IMG/VR virus record: IMGVR_UViG_3300009101_000006 | Coordinates: 3,247-67,246 of that record | Reading direction: 5' to 3' (one strand) | Length of the DNA stretch: 64,000 nucleotides | Origin: a virus | Taxonomy: Duplodnaviria; Caudoviricetes | Shown: positions 54,385 through 63,754 of the stretch, piece by piece | How positions within the stretch are numbered: the stretch's first letter is position 1 | Layout: each line of letters opens with the position of its first letter | Made by a program: the position numbers and the translations under genes | Notes under the pieces: generated by a model | What the model was told of the DNA's origin: nothing | What the model saw: the letters and a program-made list of their open reading frames with translations, nothing else | The model's database searches: none

Positions 54385-55112
54385 CAGTTGTGAGGTCCAG
54401 ATGTTGGATCGCCCGGAATTCCAGACGTGTGAACGTGAGTATTGATGTCGATTCCAACGACAGTGAGAACGCCAGAAGTCTCAAGATTGGTAGAACCGAA
54501 GTTTAGCGTGCCGCCGCCGCCGACGGCATTGGACACGACACCGTCGACCGCGAGCGCCCCCTGAATATGAACAGATGGCGCGATCAGATTGATCGTATTG
54601 GTCGCCTTCACGTTGACGACGCCGCCGTTCTTGTCGAGCTCGACGTACTCGTTGCCATCCTCGGACCAGAAACGTGCCGTGGTCGTGCTGTAGTCGTGGG
54701 GTGCGTTGCCGCTCGACACGATACCTGGGATGAACATCCCGTCGCTGAGATCGTGCATTCTGAATTCAGCCTGCGGCTGCACGCCGCCGCTCTGCCACCA
54801 CGCGTCGATGCACCGCGACGCGAAGACAATGATGCCCTCGTCTCCCTTCGCGAGCGGAAACGTCATGCCGTACCCGCCACCACGCGGGAACGACACGGGA
54901 ACGTCGAGACACTGCGGTAGAGTCGCATTCGACCAGACGCCCTTGGGGTCACGCGTCTGCGCCTGTATTGCGGGTTGCACCACTGCGGTCATCTTGGCCG
55001 CGTCGAACGACTGCAAGATACCCGGCAGCGCTGTCCACAGTGTCGCCTGAAACCCCTCGAGCAGGTTACGCAGCGACGCCAGAGGATCAGCTATTCGTTC
55101 TCGTCTATCCAA
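54384..55112 (-). CDS. Baseplate spike/puncturing protein (gp138/gpV-like)
   Basis: TALPGILQSFD...DVPVSFPRGGG...GDEG...RMHDLSDG; terminal HVH metal-binding motif. Confidence 0.85.
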   Translation of the reverse strand: MDRRERIADPLASLRNLLEGFQATLWTALPGILQSFDAAKMTAVVQPAIQAQTRDPKGVWSNATLPQCLDVPVSFPRGGGYGMTFPLAKGDEGIIVFASRCIDAWWQSGGVQPQAEFRMHDLSDGMFIPGIVSSGNAPHDYSTTTARFWSEDGNEYVELDKNGGVVNVKATNTINLIAPSVHIQGALAVDGVVSNAVGGGGTLNFGSTNLETSGVLTVVGIDINTHVHTSGIPGDPTSGPHN

Positions 55113-55115
55113 GTT

Positions 55116-56066
55116 CTACTCCTGCGCCACGCCGTATGGAAGCACCGACTTGTCCTGCGGCGAGCTCTGGTTGACCGCAAGGCAGATCAGGCTGGACGTC
55201 CACGCCGAGCCGCGAATATCACCATGGTGCTCCACGACGAGAACGCGATAGACGCCGTCGTTGCTCGTGTTCGCCACGAAACTGATATCCGTGTACCGTG
55301 GGAATCCCTGCTTGTTGATCTGGGTCTGGTTGATATCCGAATTGTTGATCTGGACCCGCGTCCCGACCTTGATGCGCGGGTTCAGGAGGCACTCAATCTC
55401 GATCCCGTTCTCTGTCGCCTCTGGCACGCCGATCATGCCGGTCGCGCTGTTGAGAATGACTATCTCGCCATTCGCGTATCCAGTCAGAGGAATGAGAACA
55501 AGCTGCCCGTCCTGGAAAGACCACGTCGAGTCCGAAGTGCTGGCGATGGGGTTCATCTGGTCCTTGCCGAGACCAAACAGAACCTTGCCGCGCGGCAGCA
55601 CGCCACCAGTTCCCGGAACCGGAGACCCGTTGCTGTCGTACTTCACGCCGTACTGCGCGAACGATTCGGCGACCGCGTTCGCACGATCCTGCTGCGTCGA
55701 GCCCGCCGCCAGAGACTTGTTCACCACGGCGAACTGAAACGCCTTGTCACCGTCGCCGGCCATGATGTCGAGAAACGAATCTTTGTTGTCGACGCGACCG
55801 CTTCGAAACTGCGAGATATCTCCGGAAAAGATCGTGCCGTAGCTCCCGCCCTCGTACCCAGCCTGGAGTCTCACGGTCTGGAATTCCTGCTTCACCTGCT
55901 TGATCGTGGACTGCGAGAGATTTATCACTCGGATCTTGCCAACGTTGGGTGTGGTCGTATCGGCCTGACTGACTTGGAAAATAATTTCGAAGTCGGACAG
56001 ATCGAGCACCTTCCCCGAGCTGCTGCTGAGGAACAGACCAACCTTCCTGATGTACTGGTCGCTCAT
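55116..56066 (-). CDS. Baseplate hub protein
   Basis: Position; LQAGY...IFSGDI...WSFQDGQL pattern. Confidence 0.8.
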   Translation of the reverse strand: MSDQYIRKVGLFLSSSSGKVLDLSDFEIIFQVSQADTTTPNVGKIRVINLSQSTIKQVKQEFQTVRLQAGYEGGSYGTIFSGDISQFRSGRVDNKDSFLDIMAGDGDKAFQFAVVNKSLAAGSTQQDRANAVAESFAQYGVKYDSNGSPVPGTGGVLPRGKVLFGLGKDQMNPIASTSDSTWSFQDGQLVLIPLTGYANGEIVILNSATGMIGVPEATENGIEIECLLNPRIKVGTRVQINNSDINQTQINKQGFPRYTDISFVANTSNDGVYRVLVVEHHGDIRGSAWTSSLICLAVNQSSPQDKSVLPYGVAQE

Positions 56067-56407
56067 GCGTTCGTCACCTGTCCGGCCGCCTGCGCATCGG
56101 AAACCACGTAGTACAGATGGCTGATACTGCCGAGATTCGTGTATGTCGGCACCGCGCCAGCATCACCGTCTGACTGCACGATCATCTGCCCCCCGATCCC
56201 CAAGTACGCGAACTGGGCGAGAAGATCAGATCCAGTCACGAGAGGAACCCCGAGAAGAATGGGTAGATTGTTGACATTGTAGACATCCATGCTCCAAGAG
56301 TTGCTGAACTTGTTCCAGCGGACCTCGAGAGTATAGGACGCGCCACTCAGAAAGATGCCGAAGCGCTGGTTCTGAGGAAGAAGTGGAATCTCAAATGCGA
56401 CACTCAT
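56063..56407 (-). CDS. Small baseplate protein
   Basis: EIPL.P.NQRF.I.L...Y.L..RWN...W.MD pattern. Confidence 0.75.
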   Translation of the reverse strand: MSVAFEIPLLPQNQRFGIFLSGASYTLEVRWNKFSNSWSMDVYNVNNLPILLGVPLVTGSDLLAQFAYLGIGGQMIVQSDGDAGAVPTYTNLGSISHLYYVVSDAQAAGQVTNA

Positions 56408-56997
56408 AGAGGTGCGATTCCATCTGCAAGAGACTGAGCGGGGCTGTACCCGCTGCCCGAAGTGAGAGACTTCGTTCCGGCATTGCTGACCGGAGCATTG
56501 TTCTGCGGACTTTTCATGCTGGAAGCGGGGGGCACCGTGGAAGTCTGCGTTGTCGCGATGATGATCTCGCGGCACTCGACGTCGAGCATGAGAATGTTCT
56601 CGTTGTCCTTGTCGCTCTTGGTGTGGAGACGACGGATGAGCATGTTCTGGTAGATGCGCTTCCCGGTGAAGATATCGAACGGCTGGCGGGAAGCCTGGAG
56701 CTCGAGAAACTGGTCGTAGACCGAACGAATGTAGTTCGGATCTCCGAGCGAGAGAAGACTGCTGTTCGAGTATCCACACAGGATGCGGACTTGAGCGGGC
56801 AGCTTGTATGCGTGGTCGGTGATCGACGCGCCCTGCTCCACCGGAAAGTTGGTGATTTCGAGTTCGTCGATGTGGTCTTCCTCGACGGTCACGTCTGCGA
56901 CAAAACCCGCGATGCTGCGCGGGATGAATAGCACTGGCGACAACAGGCCCTGAGTGACCGCCTGTAGAATGGTAAACCCGATCGGGACGAGTGCCAT
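56404..56997 (-). CDS. Tail tube initiator / Dit-like protein
   Basis: TVEEDH...EITNFPVEQGASITDHAY. Confidence 0.8.
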   Translation of the reverse strand: MALVPIGFTILQAVTQGLLSPVLFIPRSIAGFVADVTVEEDHIDELEITNFPVEQGASITDHAYKLPAQVRILCGYSNSSLLSLGDPNYIRSVYDQFLELQASRQPFDIFTGKRIYQNMLIRRLHTKSDKDNENILMLDVECREIIIATTQTSTVPPASSMKSPQNNAPVSNAGTKSLTSGSGYSPAQSLADGIAPL

Positions 56998-58649
56998 CAG
57001 CGCACCTGCTCTCCAGCGTAGCGAACGATATTGGCATTGACCGAATCCTGGTTCCCGGCGACCTCGCGCGCCGCCTGCTTGGGATCCGTCGACTTCACGT
57101 GGACATCGGTCTTCGAGTGGATTACGACGCCGCCGCTCTCGCCGGACCCGGCTCCAACGGACTTGTCGTACCAGCGTCTGGCGAGATCGCCGCGCTTGGC
57201 AGACTCGCCGCCGACATCGGCCGGTCGCTCGTAGAACTTGGTGACAGCCGCAGCGGCTTCCTCGGGAGATCCACTCTGACGGATCATGTTTCCAGCAGTC
57301 TTTTCGGCGCCGCGCGTCAGTTCGTACTGCACGAACTGAAGCTGTTCCTCGAGAGTGCTCTCGCGAATGTCCTTTCCGAAGAGCCTCCGGAAGTTCGCCT
57401 GACGATCTGGGTGCCACTGCGCGATGCCGTAAGCTTGTCCGCTGTCACCGACTCCCTTTGGATCGAAGCCGCTCTCCGCGTGCAGATTGGCGGCGATGCC
57501 GAGCGCCTGCTCGCGCGTCCAGCCGTTGTCCATGAAGTACTTCACGACAGAGTCGCGCTTGGAGGGAGAATCCGTGTCCCGGATCCCCAGCTTGCCGCGC
57601 ATCCAGCTTCGCATGCTGTTGCCGTGCGCGTCGTCGTATTTCATGAAGCCGAGCGTACCCATCACGCCTCCCAGCCATCCGCCCCTAGCAAGGCTTGCCA
57701 ATAGCCCCGTCCCGGCCGTCCCGGCTCCACCCGCTCCGGCCGCTGCCGCGCCGCCGCCCGCTGCTGCTGCGCTTGCTCCACCAGCTCCGGCGGCCGTGGC
57801 CGCTGCCTCGGCGGCCACCTGACGGAACAGGAGTCGCGCGGCCAGCGTCTTGGCGATCCACAGGGAGAGCGCGGACGTTCCCACAGTGGCGAGCGTGGTC
57901 GCCCACCCGTTGGTCGCCTTGTCGAACTCGATGAATTTCTGCGCCCAGTCGTCGAGAATCTGGACCGCCTTGGTGGCGGGACCGATGAAGTCTTGCAGGA
58001 TGCGGTCCGCGATCAGCGAGAGCGTGACCTCGAGACTACGCAGTGCATTGGAAAAGCCCCTCGACTCCTCCGAAAGCTTCTTGGCGTCAACGCCGGCGGC
58101 CTTCTGGCGTTTCTCGTAGTCCTCCTGCGCCTTCTTCAGCTCGTCGTAGCGCTGGATCAGCATCAGGAGCGTGTCGCCGTCGATGCCGATCATCTGGCCG
58201 TACTGCTGAGCCAGATAGAACGGCATCTTCTTCAGCTGACCGATCACGTCCCCGAGAATCTCGACGGAGCCGCGTCCCTGCGTCTTCACGCCGAGCTGAT
58301 TGAGAAGTGCCCCGATGCCGGGGTTGCTGCGCATCGCTCGCGCGAGGCCCTCGACTGCGCCGCGCGCCGAGTCCGAGGTTACGCCGACGGTGCGCGCCGC
58401 GTACTCAAATCCCTGAATGGCGCGCACCGCGGAGCCCGTGCGCTGGGACTGGTAGAACAAATCCTCGAACTGACGCGCCATCTTGGCGACGGCAGCCTCG
58501 ACTGCGATGGCTGTCGCGGTGACAACTTCGCCGAGCTGAACGGCGCCGTGAGTAGCGCGTCCCAGCTTAGACTCGAACTTCGAATAACTGTTCTCGTCGA
58601 CGTCGAATCCGATCGCGACGAGAAATTCCCTGAGAGTGTTATCGGCCAC
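56997..58649 (-). CDS. Tape measure protein with C-terminal phage tail lysozyme domain
   Basis: LREFLVAIGF N-terminus; AANLHAESGFDP...AYGIAQWHPDRQ...QLQFVQYEL lysozyme-like motif. Confidence 0.9.
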   Translation of the reverse strand: MADNTLREFLVAIGFDVDENSYSKFESKLGRATHGAVQLGEVVTATAIAVEAAVAKMARQFEDLFYQSQRTGSAVRAIQGFEYAARTVGVTSDSARGAVEGLARAMRSNPGIGALLNQLGVKTQGRGSVEILGDVIGQLKKMPFYLAQQYGQMIGIDGDTLLMLIQRYDELKKAQEDYEKRQKAAGVDAKKLSEESRGFSNALRSLEVTLSLIADRILQDFIGPATKAVQILDDWAQKFIEFDKATNGWATTLATVGTSALSLWIAKTLAARLLFRQVAAEAAATAAGAGGASAAAAGGGAAAAGAGGAGTAGTGLLASLARGGWLGGVMGTLGFMKYDDAHGNSMRSWMRGKLGIRDTDSPSKRDSVVKYFMDNGWTREQALGIAANLHAESGFDPKGVGDSGQAYGIAQWHPDRQANFRRLFGKDIRESTLEEQLQFVQYELTRGAEKTAGNMIRQSGSPEEAAAAVTKFYERPADVGGESAKRGDLARRWYDKSVGAGSGESGGVVIHSKTDVHVKSTDPKQAAREVAGNQDSVNANIVRYAGEQVR

Positions 58650-58797
58650 GCCGCGAGTCCCTTACTCTTCGCTCGTTCTCTTCACGAATGTCGATTGTCT
58701 CGTTGAGAATCGCGACGTCGCACAAATCGAGAGTCCCGTCCTTGAGACTCTCGTATCGACAGTAGCCGCGATCTACTGGTCTCATGAGCCAATCCAT
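58639..58797 (-). CDS. Tail assembly chaperone, downstream (T-like) segment
   Basis: DWLMRPV...YESLKDGTLDLCDVAILNE; its frame is the -1 frame of the upstream chaperone. Confidence 0.75.
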   Translation of the reverse strand: MDWLMRPVDRGYCRYESLKDGTLDLCDVAILNETIDIREENERRVRDSRRGR

Positions 58798-58805
58798 GTC
58801 TCCGC

Positions 58806-59300
58806 TCAGGAGGCTGACCCCGACCCCGTCGTCCCCTGAGCGAGCAATTCGGAGAGGAGGTCTGAGAAAAAATTTGACAGATTGGCCTGAAGCACCTTCC
58901 ACGTGAGAACAAGCATGTGCGACATCTCGATGTCATCGAACATGATCACACCGGGGTTCGGCATGATCTTGGCCCACCCGCGATCCCCAGGGATGCGGCG
59001 CTCGACGACCCCGAGACACGTGTCGAAGATGTAGTTCACATCCTCGTCCTTCATGTCTCCAATGGCCCGAAGAATCGGAGAGATGACTTCGAGAATATTG
59101 TGATCCGGGGCGCTTTTCTCCCGGATCGCCTTCTCGATCTGAGCAGATCCTCCCATGCGCTGCACCGACATGAACGTCTCGCCGGCCGATCCGGCCAGAC
59201 CGTGAAGACGTCGCATGACGTGAAACTGCGTGATCGCGTTCAGGCGACCGATCCGATACTTCTGGTCGAAGACGGTGACAGTAACAGTATTAGGTTGCAC
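58806..59300 (-). CDS. Tail assembly chaperone (G-like)
   Basis: Between tube and TMP; RLNAITQFHVMRRL. Confidence 0.8.
   Translation of the reverse strand: MQPNTVTVTVFDQKYRIGRLNAITQFHVMRRLHGLAGSAGETFMSVQRMGGSAQIEKAIREKSAPDHNILEVISPILRAIGDMKDEDVNYIFDTCLGVVERRIPGDRGWAKIMPNPGVIMFDDIEMSHMLVLTWKVLQANLSNFFSDLLSELLAQGTTGSGSAS
58866..58875 (-). other. Candidate -1 ribosomal frameshift site A AAT TTT TTC
   Basis: In-frame X XXY YYZ heptamers near chaperone 3' end; -1 frame open into 58639 ORF. Confidence 0.65.
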
Positions 59301-59742
59301 TTGGCGCCCCCGTTCCCAGGAGTTCCTCGACCACGCCCTGGAAGCTCCACTCCATCACGTTGCCGTCCTTGGCATATTTCACGGGAGCCTGCTTCTTGAA
59401 GGCCATCTGTGTTCCGGTAACGACGTCGCCGCGAAACGTGTCTGAGACGATGATCACGTTTTGTCCCCACAACGCAGCGCTCTGCTTCTGCGCATTGTAG
59501 AGCTGACTGAGCTGAGCATTCGCGGGCGACGTCTTGAGCAGACGGATCGTGATCGTACCAGCATCGCTCGCGCGAAGACTGTGCATGATCTGACCGTCGG
59601 CGCCGATCATCATCGCGTCCTTCTCCTCGATCATGTCGACATCGATGCCCTCCTCCGCGGAACCGGCTCCAGCACCAATGGGAAAAGAGCCCCCCGGTCC
59701 GTTGATCGTGGCATTGACATTTTCAAAGCTGTAGGTGGCCAT
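59290..59742 (-). CDS. Tail tube protein (DUF3277-like)
   Basis: TYSFENV...GADGQ.MHS...GTITIRLLKTSP.N. Confidence 0.85.
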   Translation of the reverse strand: MATYSFENVNATINGPGGSFPIGAGAGSAEEGIDVDMIEEKDAMMIGADGQIMHSLRASDAGTITIRLLKTSPANAQLSQLYNAQKQSAALWGQNVIIVSDTFRGDVVTGTQMAFKKQAPVKYAKDGNVMEWSFQGVVEELLGTGAPSAT

Positions 59743-59752
59743 CTATTTCTCC

Positions 59753-61246
59753 TTACGGATTGACGTCGATGATGACGTTCACGTCCTGGACGGCGCCCGC
59801 CAGCTTCACCGCAACCTGGATCGGAACAGATACGCGCGCCTGCCGCTGCGACTGGGACTGGGTGGAAATCGGGGGCACGTAGATATAGTACCCCTTCGAC
59901 AGGGTCTGCCCGGTAACGAGCTGGCCGAACGAGGGACCAGTCCACACGCCGGGAGCCGCGAGTCCGTTGGTCACCGCCTGATCGCACACGGCGGAGATCC
60001 ACGTGCCAATCTGGTGCATGCCCGCGTCGGTCTGCGGAACCTTCGGAAGACTGCGCAGCCCGTTGTAGACCGCATTCTGGATGGCGAGCTTGAGCCAGTC
60101 CACGCCGATGACCGTGTCGATGTACTGACCGGATGGAGTGATACCGGACACGATGTTGTTCGTCCCGTCGTTGTACGCGGCGTAGACATTGCCGTTCTTT
60201 GCGAAGATCGCGCCCGCCTGAGTCTGCGAGAGGTTCTCCGGCGTGATCCCTGGCTCCTGCTTGAACATCAGAGTGATTGTGGTGTTCTGGCCGTCCCAGT
60301 TCGTGGTGAGAATCTTAGACGCCAGACTACAGACAGCCGAGCCGCTGGTGGAGCTGTACTGGATCGCGGAGTGCGTGAAGAGCGCCTGCATCGCGGTGTA
60401 CATGATATCGGTCGTGGAGCCCGGGACGATGCAGTTCGCATCCTGGGAAGTGTCGAAGTAGAAGTGCGCGATCGCATCCGCCTCGATGTACGCGGCCACG
60501 GACATGACGTCCGACGCCGTGTTGGACGGGATGTTGAGTCCGTACCACTGACCACCGAAGAGATTGTCGAAAAGCTGCACGCACTGAAGCGCGGACTCGG
60601 CCGCGACACCAGGAGCCAGATATGCACCAGAACTGGTGACAAGGCCGCCCATCATGCCGGAGATGTCCACGCCGGCCGTTGGAGCGGTCAGGAACGACAC
60701 GGACGAGGCGGTGCCCGTGGTGGTGCTGGTGATGACGAAATCGTTCTTGTTGGCGTTGTACGCGCACGACGCGCCGCTGGCGGTCAGCGCGGCGGAGATG
60801 ATGGCGGCGACGGCGTTGAGGTTCGCAGCGGCGGAGAAATTCATGCCGGTCAGATGAACGACTGCGCCACCGTCGATCGAGACCGAGAAGCCGCCGTTGG
60901 TGACAGCGTTCCATGCCGCGATCAGAGTGTTCGCCGTGGAGAGCGGCGCGCACCAGAGTTGACCATGAGTTGCAGTCTTGGCCCACGCACCGATCAGAAT
61001 ATTCCGCGGCGTCGGCGACTGCGCGAACCAAGCCTGTGCCGCGAGATATTCCTCGCTCGTCGTGCCGAAGTACTGACCGACTGCGGTGAGACTGGCGAAA
61101 GTCATGATCCTGGACACGGTATCAATCACGGCACTGGTTCCAAGAACCAGAAGCGTCGAGAGATTTGGCGTCGGAGAAGGCGTCGGTGTCAGGTTGACCG
61201 TGACGTTGACGACACTCGAAATCGGGAGCGTCTGCGACTGAGTCAT
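59753..61246 (-). CDS. Tail sheath protein (DUF3383-like)
   Basis: LPISSVVNVTV, FKQEPGI, GVDWL, KVPQTDAG, GYYIY. Confidence 0.9.
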   Translation of the reverse strand: MTQSQTLPISSVVNVTVNLTPTPSPTPNLSTLLVLGTSAVIDTVSRIMTFASLTAVGQYFGTTSEEYLAAQAWFAQSPTPRNILIGAWAKTATHGQLWCAPLSTANTLIAAWNAVTNGGFSVSIDGGAVVHLTGMNFSAAANLNAVAAIISAALTASGASCAYNANKNDFVITSTTTGTASSVSFLTAPTAGVDISGMMGGLVTSSGAYLAPGVAAESALQCVQLFDNLFGGQWYGLNIPSNTASDVMSVAAYIEADAIAHFYFDTSQDANCIVPGSTTDIMYTAMQALFTHSAIQYSSTSGSAVCSLASKILTTNWDGQNTTITLMFKQEPGITPENLSQTQAGAIFAKNGNVYAAYNDGTNNIVSGITPSGQYIDTVIGVDWLKLAIQNAVYNGLRSLPKVPQTDAGMHQIGTWISAVCDQAVTNGLAAPGVWTGPSFGQLVTGQTLSKGYYIYVPPISTQSQSQRQARVSVPIQVAVKLAGAVQDVNVIIDVNP

Positions 61247-61252
61247 TGTGTG

Positions 61253-61855
61253 CTATCCTCCTTGAGCTGAGAACGGAAAGTCGATACCGACATCCGTGTA
61301 GATCTCGCCGGTCGCGCTGGTGACGGTGAGAACCTGATAAGTTCGCGTGTACTGACAGCGAATGACCAGTGGAAGATCCACACGGTACAACCACCGATTT
61401 GACAGAGTTCGCGGAGCCGGAGTTCTTTTCCCTACGTATCCAAGGTCAAAACCCTGAGCGTACAACGGTTCACGATTCTGCTGGATCATGACGTTATCAC
61501 GCAGCAGTCGAGACATGTAGTCGGCCTGCCCAGTAACACCAGTGTCGTAGAAGCTGCACAGAAGCGTCATCTGCTCGTTCTGCTGAAGCTTGAAGGTCAA
61601 CCCGTCCGTGCTCTGCCAGAGCCACGGAAACGTGTCGGAGTCCTCGTCCCCGACAAAACCCAGCGCAACCCACGCGGTAGCCGCGTCCGGAATGTTCGAC
61701 GGCTCGTCCTGCCAGCGCGGTCGAACGAGCGTCGGGTCGATATTGCAGAGCGGCGCGATCCAGCCCTGCAAGAAGGAGAGCAGCGTCTGCCCGCTCAGCG
61801 GGAGCTGAGCAGGAATCGGCTGGAGAGGACCGCCCGTGGCGCTGGTGTTCACCAT
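61253..61855 (-). CDS. Neck / tail terminator protein
   Basis: LVRPRWQ; position before sheath. Confidence 0.7.
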   Translation of the reverse strand: MVNTSATGGPLQPIPAQLPLSGQTLLSFLQGWIAPLCNIDPTLVRPRWQDEPSNIPDAATAWVALGFVGDEDSDTFPWLWQSTDGLTFKLQQNEQMTLLCSFYDTGVTGQADYMSRLLRDNVMIQQNREPLYAQGFDLGYVGKRTPAPRTLSNRWLYRVDLPLVIRCQYTRTYQVLTVTSATGEIYTDVGIDFPFSAQGG

Positions 61856-62196
61856 TCTCGCGCCATGTAATTGTCGCCGGCCTGACCGGCGATCGTAATC
61901 ACGCCCTGCGTGACCGGGTATCCAGTGGGCGGCCACGTTTCCCCGGGAGCGAGCTGAACGGAAGACGGACTGGTATCGGCTGGATCCCCGATGTCGTTGA
62001 TGACCATCGTGTTACCAGACTGACTCTTGTTCTGCACGATCCATCCGGACCGGATAAGGCCAGTCGCGACGACATCCATGAGAGTCTGTGACGCGCCTGT
62101 ATTGTTGATCGTCCCCGATCTATCGGTCGGCGTACCGGGAGTCTGGAAGCAGACCTCGAAAGGTTGCCCGTTGATGTCTGGAACCTGAATTACCAC
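61849..62196 (-). CDS. Small beta-rich virion protein
   Basis: WIVQN...QLAPGE jelly-roll-like pattern; in neck module. Confidence 0.6.
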   Translation of the reverse strand: MVIQVPDINGQPFEVCFQTPGTPTDRSGTINNTGASQTLMDVVATGLIRSGWIVQNKSQSGNTMVINDIGDPADTSPSSVQLAPGETWPPTGYPVTQGVITIAGQAGDNYMAREW

Positions 62197-62669
62197 GGAA
62201 GAGCTCCCAAGATTGTAGTGTAGACACCGGACTTGTAGTCGTCCGCGCCGTAGCGCGGTGGATTTGGCATCGTGCCGTGAATTTCATAGTCGAAGGACTC
62301 GCACGTTGCCGCGACGAATCCAGTGCCAAAGTTTCCGAAGCCGTCGACAGACTTCACGAGGTAGAAACCATCGTCGAACTGCACCAGATCTGGCTGCCAC
62401 TGCACGCGGTCCTGGTCTTCCTCGGAGGCGCGAAGCAGGAACCGCGTGATGACCAGAAGTGTTCTCATCTGCGACTGGTAGTCGCTGTCGCGGTTCACGC
62501 TGTTGTCGCCAGTAGGCGTGACACTGCCCACCACGTTGCGAATAACGATCGGCTGATTCTGCTCGAAGCCGTGCACATCGGTCCATGTCCTGCGGCGCAC
62601 GACGTTGAAGCGCGTGAGTGCGACCACGGGGTCGAGAACGACCTCGGTCGCCACATCAATAAACGGCAC
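62190..62669 (-). CDS. Head-tail adaptor/stopper
   Basis: IDVATEVVLDP; position. Confidence 0.7.
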   Translation of the reverse strand: MPFIDVATEVVLDPVVALTRFNVVRRRTWTDVHGFEQNQPIVIRNVVGSVTPTGDNSVNRDSDYQSQMRTLLVITRFLLRASEEDQDRVQWQPDLVQFDDGFYLVKSVDGFGNFGTGFVAATCESFDYEIHGTMPNPPRYGADDYKSGVYTTILGALPW

Positions 62670-62670
62670 G

Positions 62671-63234
62671 CTACACCTTCTTCTTTCTGGCCGGTTTGGA
62701 CACGCGGCGAAGCACGTGGGTAATGGAGTTGAGATACTGCCCCGTATTTATCAGGGGCTTGACGAGATCGACGCCTGGAGCCTTCCCGGCCGCGCGTCGA
62801 GCAAGTTCCTTCTGCGCACCCTTGCGACCCCTGCTCCTGCCGCGGATCGTGCTGTCGGCGAGAGGCGGGGGGATGCCCTCCCGGATGACCTGCTTGATGG
62901 AGCTGACGGCCGTGGTACCCGCCGCGTGTAGAGCCTTGACCACGGAATCGGTCTTGCCCTCCATCGCGAGTCGGCCGGCCTGCTTCATGTAGTCCGAGAT
63001 CTTGGACTTGGCGCGCTTGACGCCGGGCACCATGTGAGGTCTGGCTGGAACGTTCTGCTCCGGGATGCCGTTCTCCATGAGCCAGCCGATCTCGGCGTTG
63101 GTGATTTCTCCGTCGTCTCGCTCGTCGTTGTCCGCCGGAACACCGACCATGACGCGCGTACCCGCGAGGACGTCGATGGCGCTGAGGAACCCGCCCATCT
63201 TGTCGATCTGCTTCACGAGCCCGCGCTTCGCCAT
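62671..63234 (-). CDS. Neck protein
   Basis: VMVGVP...NAEIG...E.G....PARP...PPLADSTI...KPLINTGQ. Confidence 0.8.
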   Translation of the reverse strand: MAKRGLVKQIDKMGGFLSAIDVLAGTRVMVGVPADNDERDDGEITNAEIGWLMENGIPEQNVPARPHMVPGVKRAKSKISDYMKQAGRLAMEGKTDSVVKALHAAGTTAVSSIKQVIREGIPPPLADSTIRGRSRGRKGAQKELARRAAGKAPGVDLVKPLINTGQYLNSITHVLRRVSKPARKKKV

Positions 63235-63752
63235 CAGTTGATCGATCCCAGCGGAAGATACCACGGGCCTGGATATGCTGGCCCGTTCAGTGGGATATTG
63301 TTGAATATCGGGCCGCACGCTCCGCCGCCGACTCCCACCTGGATGACACCCGCGCCGAATATCATGACGAGCTTCCAGAAGCGCTTGCCGTACTCCGTGT
63401 CGTTCCAGTGACCCGCCTTCGGATCGAGCGACGCGCCGGAGTCGTAGCTGATGCTGATGGGGCCGGTGGACTTGCTGCTCACCGCACCGCGAGCCTCGCC
63501 GGGAAGGCCGCCCCCGGCCGCCGCGACCTGCGCCGCACGCTCGAGAACCAGATGGTGGGCAACGAAGAGCTCCTGCGCCATGTCGAACATGCATGTCGGC
63601 GGATTGGTGACCGTAGCTGCCGGAGGACCGAACCGATTCTGATTGAGCAGCAGGTTCGACAGCGCGATGTAATAAGTCACGGCCGACGGCGGATAGTCCG
63701 CCGTCGACGAGAATTCGGGAAAGTCTAGACGAAACGACGAGACCGTAATCAT
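63234..63752 (-). CDS. Head-to-tail connector (DUF4054-like)
   Basis: FRLDFPEF...FVAHHL...SSKSTGPISISYD...WNDTEYG.RF. Confidence 0.85.
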   Translation of the reverse strand: MITVSSFRLDFPEFSSTADYPPSAVTYYIALSNLLLNQNRFGPPAATVTNPPTCMFDMAQELFVAHHLVLERAAQVAAAGGGLPGEARGAVSSKSTGPISISYDSGASLDPKAGHWNDTEYGKRFWKLVMIFGAGVIQVGVGGGACGPIFNNIPLNGPAYPGPWYLPLGSIN

Positions 63753-63754
63753 GG

